Notes: generated by a model not told the origin, from the sequence alone. A DNA stretch of 64,000 nt from Kofleriaceae bacterium (GCA_046597055.1 JBKJLC010000222.1:1-64000); one strand, 5' to 3'; shown: positions 32,579-43,807, counted from the stretch's first letter. A program made the numbers and translations.

Positions 32579-33280
32579 GTGGTCACTGCGCTCGGCGGCT
32601 GTGAGCTCCTCGACCTCGCCACCGCCGACAGGCTGGACCCGACCCAGACCACCGCGCTCGGGGATCTCATCGGGCAGACCGGCTCGCTGGCCGCGGTGAT
32701 CGCGGACCCCGACGAGGCCAGCGGCGCCGAGCTCGCCGACGCGCTCGCCCTCGATCACTTCGTCCACCTGGTCCGGCCCGACGTGCCCGCGACCGGGGCC
32801 GCGTCCCGCCTGGCGCGGCTGGCAGCCGCCCCGCCCCCGGAATGTATCGTCGACGCGGGCGGCATCCTGACCGCGACCGAGTGCGAGATCCCCATCGGCG
32901 AACGCACCTGTCGGGTCAACGGCACGATGCGCTCCACCCCCGGTGGAACCAGCACCCGTTACGCTGGCGAGCTGGCGGTGACCGGCGAGGGCTGTCCCGG
33001 CCGAGCCATCATGTTTGACTTCGACCTCGCCGGCCCGACCTCGAAGCCGACCGGGCTCGACGGTCAGGTCGACTTCAGCGAGGACCGCCCGCCGGGCAAC
33101 GTCTACCGCGGTCGCCTGGTCTTCCGGGGCATCGGCCTGGCCGGCTCGTGCGACCGGCCGTCGAAGGGCACGCTCGACGTGCGCGTCGATGGAGTCTACG
33201 GCGGTGAGGCGATCGCCGACGATATCACGGTGTCCTTCAACGAGAGCCCGGAGTGCGGCGTCATCCTGATCGAGGACTGA
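32579..33280 (+). CDS. Putative lipoprotein (start uncertain)
   Basis: LGGC lipobox; signal-peptide-like in-frame sequence extends upstream to about 32525 without an in-frame ATG/GTG; beta-rich Cys-containing mature part. Confidence 0.65.
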   Translation: MVTALGGCELLDLATADRLDPTQTTALGDLIGQTGSLAAVIADPDEASGAELADALALDHFVHLVRPDVPATGAASRLARLAAAPPPECIVDAGGILTATECEIPIGERTCRVNGTMRSTPGGTSTRYAGELAVTGEGCPGRAIMFDFDLAGPTSKPTGLDGQVDFSEDRPPGNVYRGRLVFRGIGLAGSCDRPSKGTLDVRVDGVYGGEAIADDITVSFNESPECGVILIED

Positions 33281-33331
33281 CCCGATCGCCGCCGCCGGTG
33301 GCCGCGGCGGGTGGAGTAGCATCGCGCGCCA

Positions 33332-34681
33332 ATGACGGGCGGGCCCGCCGACACCACGGTCGCACCTTCGACGCCGGCGCCGAGACGTCGCCGTCCCGGT
33401 GCCCGTTGCCACGTCGTCTACCCGCCGGCCATGATCAGGGTCATTCCGCTGGTCGGCGCCGAGACGATCCTGGGCCGCGACCCCGGCGAGAACGGGGTCG
33501 CGATCCCGCACCCCACGGCCTCGCGCCGGCACCTGGCCATCCGCTGGGAAGCCCGAGTGGAGCAGCACACCGTGGTCGATCTCGGCTCCAAGAACGGCGC
33601 CTCGGTCGATGGCACGCGGCTCGGTGACACGCCCCGGCTCCTCGACGACGGCGCGGTGGTTCGGGCCGGCGATCTGCTCCTCGTCTACGAGACGTTCGAC
33701 GACGAGGTCGCCGACGACGAGGTCGGGGCCGCGATCCCCGGCATCGCGGCGACGACGCGCCAGCTGCGCGCCCTGATGCGGCGCGCCGCCGAGGATCCGG
33801 CCCACGTGCTCCTCCTGGGTGAGACCGGCACCGGCAAGGAGCACATCGCGCGCGAGCTGCACCGGCGGTCGGGACGGACGGGACCGTTCCTCGCGGTCAG
33901 CTGCGCCGAGCTCAACGCGGAGCTCATGACCAGCCAGCTCTTTGGCCATGTGCGGGGCGCCTTCACCGGCGCCCAGCAGGCGCAGCCGGGCCTGTTTCGC
34001 GCCGCGGCCGGCGGCACGCTCCTGCTCGACGAGCTCGGCGAGCTCGCCGCGGTGGTGCAGCCCAAGCTCCTGCGCGTCTTGCAGGAAGGCGAGGTGCTGC
34101 CGGTCGGCGAGGGCCGGGCGGTCCCCATCGACGTCCGGGTGATCGCCGCGACCAACGCCGATCTGCCGGCGCTGGTCGAGGCCGGCGGGTTCCGCCGCGA
34201 CCTGTACGCGCGGCTCGCCTTCTGGGAGATCGTGGTGCCGGCGCTGCGGGCGCGGCGCGCCGATATCCTCGGCTGGCTCGAGCTGCTGCACGACCGCTTC
34301 GTCGAGCGCCGCGCCGGCGTGCGCACCCCGCTGCTGCTCGACGCCGACGCCGCCGAGACCCTCCTGCTGGCGCCCTGGCTCGACAACCTGCGCGGCCTGG
34401 ATCGGGTGATCCACCGGCTGGCCGCCAGTCGATCGCCGGGTACCGTCGTGACCCGCGCCGAGCTGGTGGCGCTGCTGCCGACGACGGCGACCGCGAACGC
34501 GACCCCGGCGGGACCGACGTCTTCGCCGACCCCGGCGCCCCCGCCCCCGCCCCCGCCCGCGACCCGCGCCGAGCTCGAGGCCGCGCTCGCCGAGCACGGC
34601 AGCGTCCGCGCGGTCGCCAAGCACTACCGGCGCGATCGGCGGCAGGTCTACCGCTGGCTCAAGGATCTCGGCCTGCGCTGA
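33332..34681 (+). CDS. FHA-domain sigma54-dependent enhancer-binding protein
   Basis: FHA (LGR, ASRRH, DLGSKNG), Walker [15 protein letters not shown], Walker [16 protein letters not shown]-terminal HTH. Confidence 0.95.
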   Translation: MTGGPADTTVAPSTPAPRRRRPGARCHVVYPPAMIRVIPLVGAETILGRDPGENGVAIPHPTASRRHLAIRWEARVEQHTVVDLGSKNGASVDGTRLGDTPRLLDDGAVVRAGDLLLVYETFDDEVADDEVGAAIPGIAATTRQLRALMRRAAEDPAHVLLLGETGTGKEHIARELHRRSGRTGPFLAVSCAELNAELMTSQLFGHVRGAFTGAQQAQPGLFRAAAGGTLLLDELGELAAVVQPKLLRVLQEGEVLPVGEGRAVPIDVRVIAATNADLPALVEAGGFRRDLYARLAFWEIVVPALRARRADILGWLELLHDRFVERRAGVRTPLLLDADAAETLLLAPWLDNLRGLDRVIHRLAASRSPGTVVTRAELVALLPTTATANATPAGPTSSPTPAPPPPPPPATRAELEAALAEHGSVRAVAKHYRRDRRQVYRWLKDLGLR

Positions 34682-34715
34682 CCGCGGGTCCCGGCGGTGG
34701 GCGCCGGCCCCGCGG

Positions 34716-37700
34716 TCACCGCGCCGTGCGGCGGGCGAGCACGACGTAGCCCTCGGCCTCGGCCTGCCGGCGCGCGGCCTCGAAGCGCTTGCGACCCTTG
34801 CCCAGCTGCGCCTCGAGCTGACCGAGCGTCACGCGCAGCGCCAGCGCGCGCCCGCCGAACCCGTGGCGCTCGGCGTCGGCCAGCGCCGCGGTCACCACCG
34901 GCACCGCCGCGCGTCGTTCGGCTGCGCTGCCGGCCGTCGCCACCTGGCCGGCGGCATCGGCCACGACCATCCGGACATCGAACACCTCGCTGGTCTCTAC
35001 CAGCGCGAGCGCCCGCGCGGCCAGCGGCGCGGCGGCCTCCGGGGCCAGCGCGCGCGCCTCGACCGCGAGGGCGACGGCGACGCCCTCGGCCAGCTCGAAG
35101 CGCGCGTAGCTGGCGCCGGCGTCGCGGGCCAGCCGGGCGGCCTCGGCTGGCTGGCCGGCCTGGAGCGCGATCTCGGCCAGCTGCAGCACGCCCAGCGGCT
35201 CGGTCATGCGCTGCCCGGACTCGCGCCGGATCCGTTGCACGCGGTCCACCAGCGCCCGGGCTTCGTCGAGCCGGCCGTGCGCGATGGCGATGTCGGCCAG
35301 CCACTGCAACGGAAACGCCGCATACGGCTGCGCGGTGACCTCGAGCTGCGCCAGCAGGCTGTTCAGCTCGGCGACCGGCTCGTCGAGGCGGCCGCGGGCG
35401 CGCTGCACCAGCGCCAGCCCCATGCGCGGGAACGCCGTGTACGGCAGGTTCCCGTGGCGCTCGAACGTCTGCCGCGATCGCTCGGAATAGGCCGCCGCAG
35501 CGTCCAGCTCGCCGGCGAACACGTACGCCAGGCCCAGGTAGTACTCCGCCCACCCGGTCCGGTGCGACGACCCGATGGCGGTGCCGATCGCCAGGGCCTC
35601 GTCGGCATGGCCGCGCGCCACGGTCAGTCGCCCGGCCGACATCTCGAGCCACGACAGCTCGGACAGCATCTCGCTGATCGCCGCCTGGTTACCGACCTCG
35701 CGGCGGATCGCCAGCGACGCCTCGTACAGGGCGCGGGCGACCCGCGGCTCGCCACCCTGCAGGCGCACCAGGCCGAGCGCCATCAGCGCTTCGCTCTCGA
35801 GGCTGCGCGCGTTCAGCTCCGACGCGATCATGCGCTGCTCTTCGAACGCCGCCGCCGCCGCGGCGATATCGCCGAGGAAATAGCGGGCCCAGCCCTCCTC
35901 GGACCGGCCGGCGGCGATGGTCAGCCGCGCACCGCGCACCCGCCCCTTGCGCACCGCCTCCGCCGCCGCCCGCAGGCGGAGCTCGGCGTCGCCGAGGCCG
36001 GCGGCGCCGGCCGCCTCGAGCAGATCGATGAGCGGGCTATCCCCGAGCGGCGGCGGCAGCGCCCGCAGCGCGGCCACCGTCTCCAGCGCGGCCGGGCCCT
36101 GGCCGGCGACGAACTGCGTGCGCGCCAGCATGAGCCCGTGGTCGAGGTTGTCGGGAAAGAACCGCCACAGCGTCTGGTAGATCTCCAGGGCCTGCTCGGT
36201 GGCCCCGAGGGTGGAGCGGTAGCGCGCCTCGATGACCAGGCGATCCTCGCGGGTCAGCCCCTCCGACCGCTCGTAGGCGCGCCGGGCCGCCTCGGCGGCA
36301 CGGCCGTCATACCCGAGCTGCCACCACGCTTCGGCGAGCGCGGCGTGGGCGACCGCGAGCCGGTCATCGGCGGCGATCGCGGCGATGAACGCATCGCGGG
36401 CCGCCAGCGGGTCGAACCGACGCAGCGCCGCCGCACCCTCGGCGTAGCGCTGCATCGCCTCGGGATTGCGCGGGAACGCCGCCGGCTGGCGCTCGACGCT
36501 GGTGCCAGCCGGCTGGGCGACCCCCAGCCGCGCGCGCACGCGGGTCCCGAGGCGAGCCACCATATCGAGCAACTCGCGGCCCGTGCCGCTCTCGGCGAGC
36601 CCGGCGACGATCGCCGTCGACTCCTGGATCCGCACGTCGACGCGCAGCTGGCCACCGACGTCGACATACTGGCCGTAGATCAGCACGTCGGCGCCCAGGA
36701 TCGTCCGCAGCCGGGCGCGGGTCGCCACGCCATCGGGTGCCTGCTGCTCGGCGCGGGTCAGCTCGAGCGCGGCGCGCGCCACCTGATCGCGCGGGATCAC
36801 GCGCAGCGCCTCGCCGGCCCCCAGCTCGGTCGCCAGCATCTCGGTCAGGCCGGCGCCGATCCACGCCGCGTCCGGCTGACCGGACAGGTTGCGGAAGTCG
36901 AGCACCGCCACCGAGCGCCGGGCCACGACCGCCGACGACGACGACGACGGCGCCAGCGCCGGCGCGCGCCCGCGGCTGGCCACCAGCGCCAGCCCGGCCG
37001 CCATCACCAGCGCCGTGACCGCCAGGTAGACGCCGCGGCGGCGCGGCGGGCTCAGCCGCCTCGCCAGCGCGGCCGGCGGCGGCCGGCGCGCCGGATCGCG
37101 CGCCAGGCAGGCGCGGATGACGTCATCCCAGCGCCGCTCGAGCGCGGGGACCAGGCTGCGCGGCGACGGCTCGGCACCTACCTGCGAGCTCGGGGCCGGA
37201 CGACGGCCGGTCACCAGCTCGAACAGGACGACGCCGAAGGCGTAGACATCGGTCGCCGGCGTGGCCTCGCCACCCGCGGCCTGTTCGGGTGCCATGTACG
37301 CCGGCGTCCCGGCGACGCCGCCGTGGGCGTCCGGACCCGGCTCGTCGAGCGTGTCGTGGGCCAGGCCGAAATCGGTGACGACCGCGCCGCGGGTCGTCAG
37401 CACCACGTTGGCGCTCTTGAAGTCGCGGTGCACCACGCCGGCGCCGTGGGCGGCGTCGAGCGCCGCCGCCATGTCGCGCACCAGGGGCAAGGCGTCGCGC
37501 GGGTGGAGCGGACCCGTGCGGACCAGCCGCTGGGCGAGCGTCTCGCCGTCGAGCAGCTCCATGGTCAAGAAGGTCGTGTCGCCGTGGCGACCCAGGTCGA
37601 ACGCGCGGCACACGTGGGGATGGGTGATCTTGCGCGTGAGCAAGATCTCGCGCTTGAACCGCTCGAGGATGCCGGGGCGGTCGAGGACGGCGGCCCGCAC

Positions 37701-37880
37701 CGTCTTCAGCGCCACCCGATCGTGCAGCTCGAGATCGTCGACCTCGTAGACCTCACCCATGCCGCCCTGCGCGAGAAAGCGCACCACCCGGTAGCGGCCG
37801 GCCAGCAGATCGCCGGCGGCGAAGACGGGCGCGGCCTCGCTCCGGCTCGGGGTGCCCACGGCACTTTGGGTCTCGTCCAT
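34716..37880 (-). CDS. Membrane Ser/Thr protein kinase with TolB-like domain and TPR repeats
   Basis: GGMGEVY, VALK, HRDFKSANV, DFGLA, GTPAYMAPE; TM helix; SVAVLDFRNLSG domain; multiple TPRs; start ATG 37880 (alternative 37925). Confidence 0.93.
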   Translation of the reverse strand: MDETQSAVGTPSRSEAAPVFAAGDLLAGRYRVVRFLAQGGMGEVYEVDDLELHDRVALKTVRAAVLDRPGILERFKREILLTRKITHPHVCRAFDLGRHGDTTFLTMELLDGETLAQRLVRTGPLHPRDALPLVRDMAAALDAAHGAGVVHRDFKSANVVLTTRGAVVTDFGLAHDTLDEPGPDAHGGVAGTPAYMAPEQAAGGEATPATDVYAFGVVLFELVTGRRPAPSSQVGAEPSPRSLVPALERRWDDVIRACLARDPARRPPPAALARRLSPPRRRGVYLAVTALVMAAGLALVASRGRAPALAPSSSSSAVVARRSVAVLDFRNLSGQPDAAWIGAGLTEMLATELGAGEALRVIPRDQVARAALELTRAEQQAPDGVATRARLRTILGADVLIYGQYVDVGGQLRVDVRIQESTAIVAGLAESGTGRELLDMVARLGTRVRARLGVAQPAGTSVERQPAAFPRNPEAMQRYAEGAAALRRFDPLAARDAFIAAIAADDRLAVAHAALAEAWWQLGYDGRAAEAARRAYERSEGLTREDRLVIEARYRSTLGATEQALEIYQTLWRFFPDNLDHGLMLARTQFVAGQGPAALETVAALRALPPPLGDSPLIDLLEAAGAAGLGDAELRLRAAAEAVRKGRVRGARLTIAAGRSEEGWARYFLGDIAAAAAAFEEQRMIASELNARSLESEALMALGLVRLQGGEPRVARALYEASLAIRREVGNQAAISEMLSELSWLEMSAGRLTVARGHADEALAIGTAIGSSHRTGWAEYYLGLAYVFAGELDAAAAYSERSRQTFERHGNLPYTAFPRMGLALVQRARGRLDEPVAELNSLLAQLEVTAQPYAAFPLQWLADIAIAHGRLDEARALVDRVQRIRRESGQRMTEPLGVLQLAEIALQAGQPAEAARLARDAGASYARFELAEGVAVALAVEARALAPEAAAPLAARALALVETSEVFDVRMVVADAAGQVATAGSAAERRAAVPVVTAALADAERHGFGGRALALRVTLGQLEAQLGKGRKRFEAARRQAEAEGYVVLARRTAR

Positions 37881-38037
37881 ATGCAGCCGGGCGCGCGCGG
37901 CACGGCGCAGCGCCCGACCATACATACCATCGGGGTCGCGGGTCGGCCGGCCCCCAGCTATGTCGGCGACGAACCTCCCGAGCTGGCGAGGGTCGACCGC
38001 AGCGCCGCAGCGGCGCCGGCGCGTGGCTGCCCAGCGG

Positions 38038-39216
38038 TCAGAAGCGGATCTGCCAGCGCTGATCGTAGGCGGCGGGCGTCGCGCAGGTCCGCTGCTCGAC
38101 GGGACGCACCTGGTTGCGGTTCCAGCCGTCGACCGACAGGCACAGCGAGGGCGCCGAGAGCGGCGACAGCCGCTGGTAGGCCGGGCCCGGCCAAGTCGAG
38201 CCCGGCCAGCTGGAGATCGCCCAGCGCTGGTTGGTCGTGCCGTTGCAGTGAGCCTGCTGGAGGTCGCGGCCGCTGACCGTCGAGGTGTCAGGCACGTCGA
38301 CGCACATGCCGCTGGTGTCGGCGACGATCTGCGGGGTGGTGGCGCCAGTCGAGCGGTCGAGCCAGAACCGCTGGGCCTGGCCGCCGTGGCACGGGACGTA
38401 CTGGATCGACGCGCCCGCGAACGGGCTGCCGTCGGCGACGTCGAGGCAGCTGTTGACCTCGGGTGGCAGCGGGGCGCGGCCGCCGAGGAGGAACTGGGTG
38501 GAGATCCGCACCGGGCGCGCGCCGGGCACCCGGCGCAGCGCGGACAGCGCCGAGATGCGCGCGATGAAGTCGGCGTCCGCGGCGTAGGGCCGGACCCGGA
38601 TCCCGCCGCCGGGCGCGACCACGACGTAGCCAACCGACCTGGGTGCCGCCGGCGACGGGTCGATACACGGGATGCCGGCGTCGATGGCCGTGATCCGCGA
38701 GCGGGCATCGGCCATCGTGACGGTGAGCTCGCCGTCGACCACGCCGGCAGTGACCACCGCCGAATTGATCTGCACCGGCGTGCTGCCGCCCGCCGACAGG
38801 CCGACACAGCGCAGGTTGCGGCCGAGCCGCAGCGGCGTCGCCACGTCGATCGCCGGCCCCGGCGTGAGGAACTGGCTCGCGACCTGGATGATCGCGCCGG
38901 GTCCGATCATGTTGATGTGGCGCGCGGCGAGCACGAGCGGCGGGTTGCTGTCCCACTGCTCGACGGTGACGCCGGCCGGCGCGACGCCGTCGACCCAGAG
39001 GTCGTGCACGAACACCAGATCGGGCGCGATCACCAGCGCGGCGTGGCGATCGCCGCCGGCGACCCGAACGCCGACGTACCAGGACTCGTTCGGCGATCCG
39101 TTGCCGCTGTTGAACACGGCGCCCGTGTCGGGCTCGTCGAGCGCGGGCTGGTCGAGGCAGGCCGAGGTGCCAGCGAGGAGGGCGAGGAGCGGGATCGGAA
39201 GGTGGCGATGGTTCAT
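38038..39216 (-). CDS. Lipoprotein: degenerate trypsin-like domain + ricin-B lectin domain
   Basis: TSAC lipobox; three ricin subdomains (CLDVADG..QRFW, CVDVPD..QRW, CLSVDG..QRW); N-terminal domain resembles a protease S1 scaffold without catalytic motifs. Confidence 0.8.
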   Translation of the reverse strand: MNHRHLPIPLLALLAGTSACLDQPALDEPDTGAVFNSGNGSPNESWYVGVRVAGGDRHAALVIAPDLVFVHDLWVDGVAPAGVTVEQWDSNPPLVLAARHINMIGPGAIIQVASQFLTPGPAIDVATPLRLGRNLRCVGLSAGGSTPVQINSAVVTAGVVDGELTVTMADARSRITAIDAGIPCIDPSPAAPRSVGYVVVAPGGGIRVRPYAADADFIARISALSALRRVPGARPVRISTQFLLGGRAPLPPEVNSCLDVADGSPFAGASIQYVPCHGGQAQRFWLDRSTGATTPQIVADTSGMCVDVPDTSTVSGRDLQQAHCNGTTNQRWAISSWPGSTWPGPAYQRLSPLSAPSLCLSVDGWNRNQVRPVEQRTCATPAAYDQRWQIRF

Positions 39217-39231
39217 CGTGGACGGCGGTAG

Positions 39232-39247
39232 TGCAACCCGAGCGCCA
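39232..39247 (-). promoter_or_regulatory. Sigma54 promoter of the ricin lipoprotein gene
   Basis: TGGCGCTCGGGTTGCA matches TGGCAC-N5-TTGC; 15 nt before ATG 39216. Confidence 0.75.
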
Positions 39248-39475
39248 GCCGCCTGACGGCGGAACTCCTCGAGTTTCCGCCGCCGGTCACAGGAGGGCCG
39301 TGGCGCGCGCCGCGACGTCCCATGGGACATGCGCCAGGACTTCGGGCGCCGGGTGCAGCGCGTGAGGCTCGGCAACGCGAGGGCTTCGAGCCGAGCGTCG
39401 TCGGGGTCGCGCCAGGACGCGCCAAGGCGCGGCGCCGGACCTGACGGCGCCCGTACTCGATGCCATGCTGCGCAC

Positions 39476-40455
<980 letters not shown>

Positions 40456-40459
<4 letters not shown>

Positions 40460-41181
40460 CCGCGGCGGTCGTCAGGTTCGACCGGCCCGATCGGCTCGCC
40501 CGCGCCGCCGCCGACCAGCTCGCGGCGATCGCGACCGCGGCGGTCGCCGCGCGCGGCGGCTGCAGCATCGCGCTGGCTGGCGGCTCGACCCCGCGGCGGC
40601 TGTACCAGGTGCTGGCCGCGCGCGGGCGCGCGGCGCTGCCGTGGGACGCGGTCGATCTTTGGTGGGGCGACGAGCGCACCGTGGCGCCCGATCACGCCGA
40701 CTCGAACTACGGGACGGCGCGGGCGGCGCTGATCGAGCCGCTCGGCCTGGCGCCCGATCGGGTGCACCGCATCGCCGGCGAGCACGCCGACCCCGAGGTG
40801 GCGGCGGCCGCGTACGAGCGGGCCCTGGTCGCCGCGCTCGGGGCACCGCCGGTGTTCGACCTGGTGCTGCTCGGCATGGGCGCCGACGGTCACACCGCGT
40901 CGCTGTTCCCGGGCAGCGCGGCGCTCGCCGAGACCGCGCGCCTGGTCGTCGCCAGCCGGGTGACCTCGCCGCTGGTCGGCGGCGCGACGACCCGGATCAC
41001 GCTGACCGCGGCGGCGCTGTCAGCGGCGCGGCACACGCGCTTCCTGATCACCGGCGCCGACAAGGCCGCGGTGGTGGCCGCCGTGTTGACTGGCCCACCC
41101 GGTCGGTTTCCGGCCCAGCGGATCGCCGGTCCCGATCTGGTCTGGCTGATCGACGAGGCGGCCGCTGCCGGCCTGCCGTGA
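40456..41181 (+). CDS. pgl: 6-phosphogluconolactonase
   Basis: [45 protein letters not shown]-coupled to gnd. Confidence 0.95.
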
Positions 41182-41219
41182 CCACCGTGCCCAGGCGCGC
41201 CACCAAAGGAGCAACCTTC

Positions 41220-42779
41220 ATGACGGCACCCGAACCTCCGCGCCCCCTGGCCCCGATCCCGTCGGTGATCGGCGAGATCCTGGGCGAGGCGCCCGGCAAG
41301 CGGCGGCGTCCCGATCCGATGGCGATCGTGATCTTCGGCGCGACCGGTGACCTCACCAGCCGCAAGCTGGTGCCGGCGCTCTACAACCTGATGGTCGACC
41401 GCTTGCTGAGCGAGCCGACCGTGATCATCGGCCTCGGCCGCAACGACCTCGGCGCGGCGGCCTTCGCGGCCCAGCTGCGGCCGGCGGTCATCGAGCACTC
41501 GCGTCAGCCGGTCGAGCCCGCCGCGTGGGACAAGTTCGCCGGCATGCTCGACTTCATCGGCGGCGAGTTCGCCGACGACGCGATCTACCTCGCGCTCAAG
41601 ACCCGGCTCGAGGCCGCCGCCGCCCAGGGCACCCAGGGCAACCGGATCTTCTACCTGGCCGTGCCGCCGGCCGTGTTCACGCTCGTGATCGAGAAGCTGC
41701 ACCAGCACCAGCTGGTCGAGCGCGCCCCGAAGGGCGCCGGTGGCCCGGCGTGCCGGGTGATCGTCGAGAAGCCGTTCGGTCGCGATCTCGCCTCCGCGCG
41801 CGCGCTCAACGAGCTGATCGGCCGCTACCTCGACGAGCGCCAGATCTACCGGATCGATCACTACCTCGGGAAGGAGACGGTCCAGAACATCCTGGTGCTG
41901 CGCTTCGGGAACTCCATCTTCGAGCCAATCTGGAACCGCAACCACGTCGACTTCGTCGAGATCACCGCGGCCGAGACGATCGGCATCGAGGGCCGCGGCG
42001 GGTTCTACGAGTCGACCGGCGTGCTGCGCGACGTCATCCAGAACCACCTGCTCCAGGTCATGTCGCTGGTGACGATGGAGGTGCCGGCATCGTTCTCCGC
42101 CGACGACATCCGCGACGAGAAGGCGCAGGTCCTGCGCTCGGTGCGGCCGCTGACCCTCAACGAGGTCGCCAACGACTGCGTGCGCGGCCAGTATCGCGGC
42201 TACCGCGAGGAGCACGGCGTCGCGCCCGACTCGCAGATACCGACCTACGCGGCGATGCGGTTCATGATCGACAGCTGGCGCTGGCAGGGCGTGCCGTTCT
42301 ACCTGCGTGCCGGCAAGGGCCTCGCCGAGCGGGTCACCGAGGTCCTGATCCACTTCAAGTCGGTGCCGCTGATGCTGTTCAAGGAAGAGGCCGCCGGCAG
42401 CGTGCTGCAGCCGGCGGTGCTGACCTTGCGGATCCAGCCCCAGGAGGGCGTCTCGCTGCGGTTCATGGCCAAGGTGCCGGGCGAGAACATCCAGGTCGGC
42501 AGCGTGGTGATGACCATGAACTACGCCGACGCGTTCCACCGCCCGATCGCCGAGGCCTACGAGCGCCTGCTGCTCGACTGCATGCGCGGTGACGCGACCC
42601 TGTTCAACCGGCGCGACACCGTCGATCGCGCCTGGCAGCTGATCGAGCCGGTGCTCCAGGTCTGGGAGGCCACCCCGGGCGTCCTCAGCTACGAGCCGGG
42701 TAGCTCGGGCCCGCCGGCCGCCGACGAGATGATGGGCCGCGACGGCCGCAGCTGGCGCGAGCTGGTCAAGACGCCCTGA
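41220..42779 (+). CDS. zwf: Glucose-6-phosphate 1-dehydrogenase
   Basis: IFGATGDL..RKL, EKPFG, RIDHYLGKETVQN, RWQGVPFYLRAGK, AYERLL; alternative GTG start at 41178. Confidence 0.97.
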   Translation: MTAPEPPRPLAPIPSVIGEILGEAPGKRRRPDPMAIVIFGATGDLTSRKLVPALYNLMVDRLLSEPTVIIGLGRNDLGAAAFAAQLRPAVIEHSRQPVEPAAWDKFAGMLDFIGGEFADDAIYLALKTRLEAAAAQGTQGNRIFYLAVPPAVFTLVIEKLHQHQLVERAPKGAGGPACRVIVEKPFGRDLASARALNELIGRYLDERQIYRIDHYLGKETVQNILVLRFGNSIFEPIWNRNHVDFVEITAAETIGIEGRGGFYESTGVLRDVIQNHLLQVMSLVTMEVPASFSADDIRDEKAQVLRSVRPLTLNEVANDCVRGQYRGYREEHGVAPDSQIPTYAAMRFMIDSWRWQGVPFYLRAGKGLAERVTEVLIHFKSVPLMLFKEEAAGSVLQPAVLTLRIQPQEGVSLRFMAKVPGENIQVGSVVMTMNYADAFHRPIAEAYERLLLDCMRGDATLFNRRDTVDRAWQLIEPVLQVWEATPGVLSYEPGSSGPPAADEMMGRDGRSWRELVKTP

Positions 42780-43027
42780 CCGGGGACGACCGATCCGGCT
42801 CGGTCTGCGAGCCCGACCCCGGAACTCGAGGTCGACGCCCGGGAGCGAGCGCCCCAGCCTCAACCCGCGAGGGTCGCGTATCCGCAAGCACATGATCCAG
42901 CATGCCGGTAGCGGGGCCCTGAGAAGATCTGCTGTGTCGAAATGCTGTCATCTGGAGGAACGAGCGGGCGGTGATTGCCATTCGGCCGCGCCGGGACCAT
43001 CGTGCCGTCAACCTTGGGGAGGTCCTT

Positions 43028-43807
43028 ATGATCCGAGCTCTGTTGGCATTCCCGTGCTGTGTCTTCACCCTGCTTGCCACGACCGGCTGCATGACAGATG
43101 AGCTGGGCAGTACCCAGCAGGAGTCCCATTCGTGGGGCGGCTATCACTGGGCACGAACCAGTAATCCGTTCCGCCTCCAGATCGGAGACAACGTCTCGAG
43201 TCAGTGGGACGCCTACCTGAACACGACCGTCAGCGACTGGAGCAAATCGACGGTGCTCGACACGGTCAAGGTCGTCGGCGCCGCCTCCGGCCGACGCTGT
43301 CGGGGCACCACCGGCCGGGTCGAGGTGTGCAACGCCGCCTACGGCAGCAACGGTTGGCTGGGCGTCGCGTCGATCTCGGCCAGCGGCGGCCACATCACGC
43401 AGGGGACGGTGAAGCTGAACGACACCTACTTCAGCACGGCGAAGTACGACACCCCGGCGTGGCGCAACCTGGTCAGTTGCCAGGAGGTCGGCCACACGCT
43501 GGGGCTCGATCACCAGGACGAGAACTTCGAGAACACGCCGCTCGGCACGTGCATGGACTACTCGAACGATCCGGTACCCAACCAGCACCCCAACACCCAC
43601 GACTACGACCAGCTCCAGACGATCTACCAGCACCTCGACTCGACGACCACGGTCGGTGCGGCGACCACGAACACCAACGGCGCGGGCGACGCGCCGGCCG
43701 ACTGGGGCCGTCTGGTGTCGTCCACGCGGAATGGCCAGCACGAGACCTACGTCCATCAGCACGGCGATCAGACCGTCGTCACGTTCGTGACCTGGGCCGA
43801 AGAGTGA
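43028..43807 (+). CDS. Lipoprotein with metzincin (matrixin-like) fold and variant zinc motif
   Basis: TTGC lipobox, GGAGG RBS; CQEVGHTLGLDH followed by a TCMDY Met-turn. Confidence 0.8.
   Translation: MIRALLAFPCCVFTLLATTGCMTDELGSTQQESHSWGGYHWARTSNPFRLQIGDNVSSQWDAYLNTTVSDWSKSTVLDTVKVVGAASGRRCRGTTGRVEVCNAAYGSNGWLGVASISASGGHITQGTVKLNDTYFSTAKYDTPAWRNLVSCQEVGHTLGLDHQDENFENTPLGTCMDYSNDPVPNQHPNTHDYDQLQTIYQHLDSTTTVGAATTNTNGAGDAPADWGRLVSSTRNGQHETYVHQHGDQTVVTFVTWAEE

Noticed and set aside
30149..34624. 1491-aa minus-strand ORF (likewise 9626-13468, 34863-38276, 46021-48654, 48763-52434, 62088-63905)
   Set aside because: Shadow frames of real genes caused by high GC3 and stop-codon scarcity; Arg/Gly/Ala-rich with no motifs
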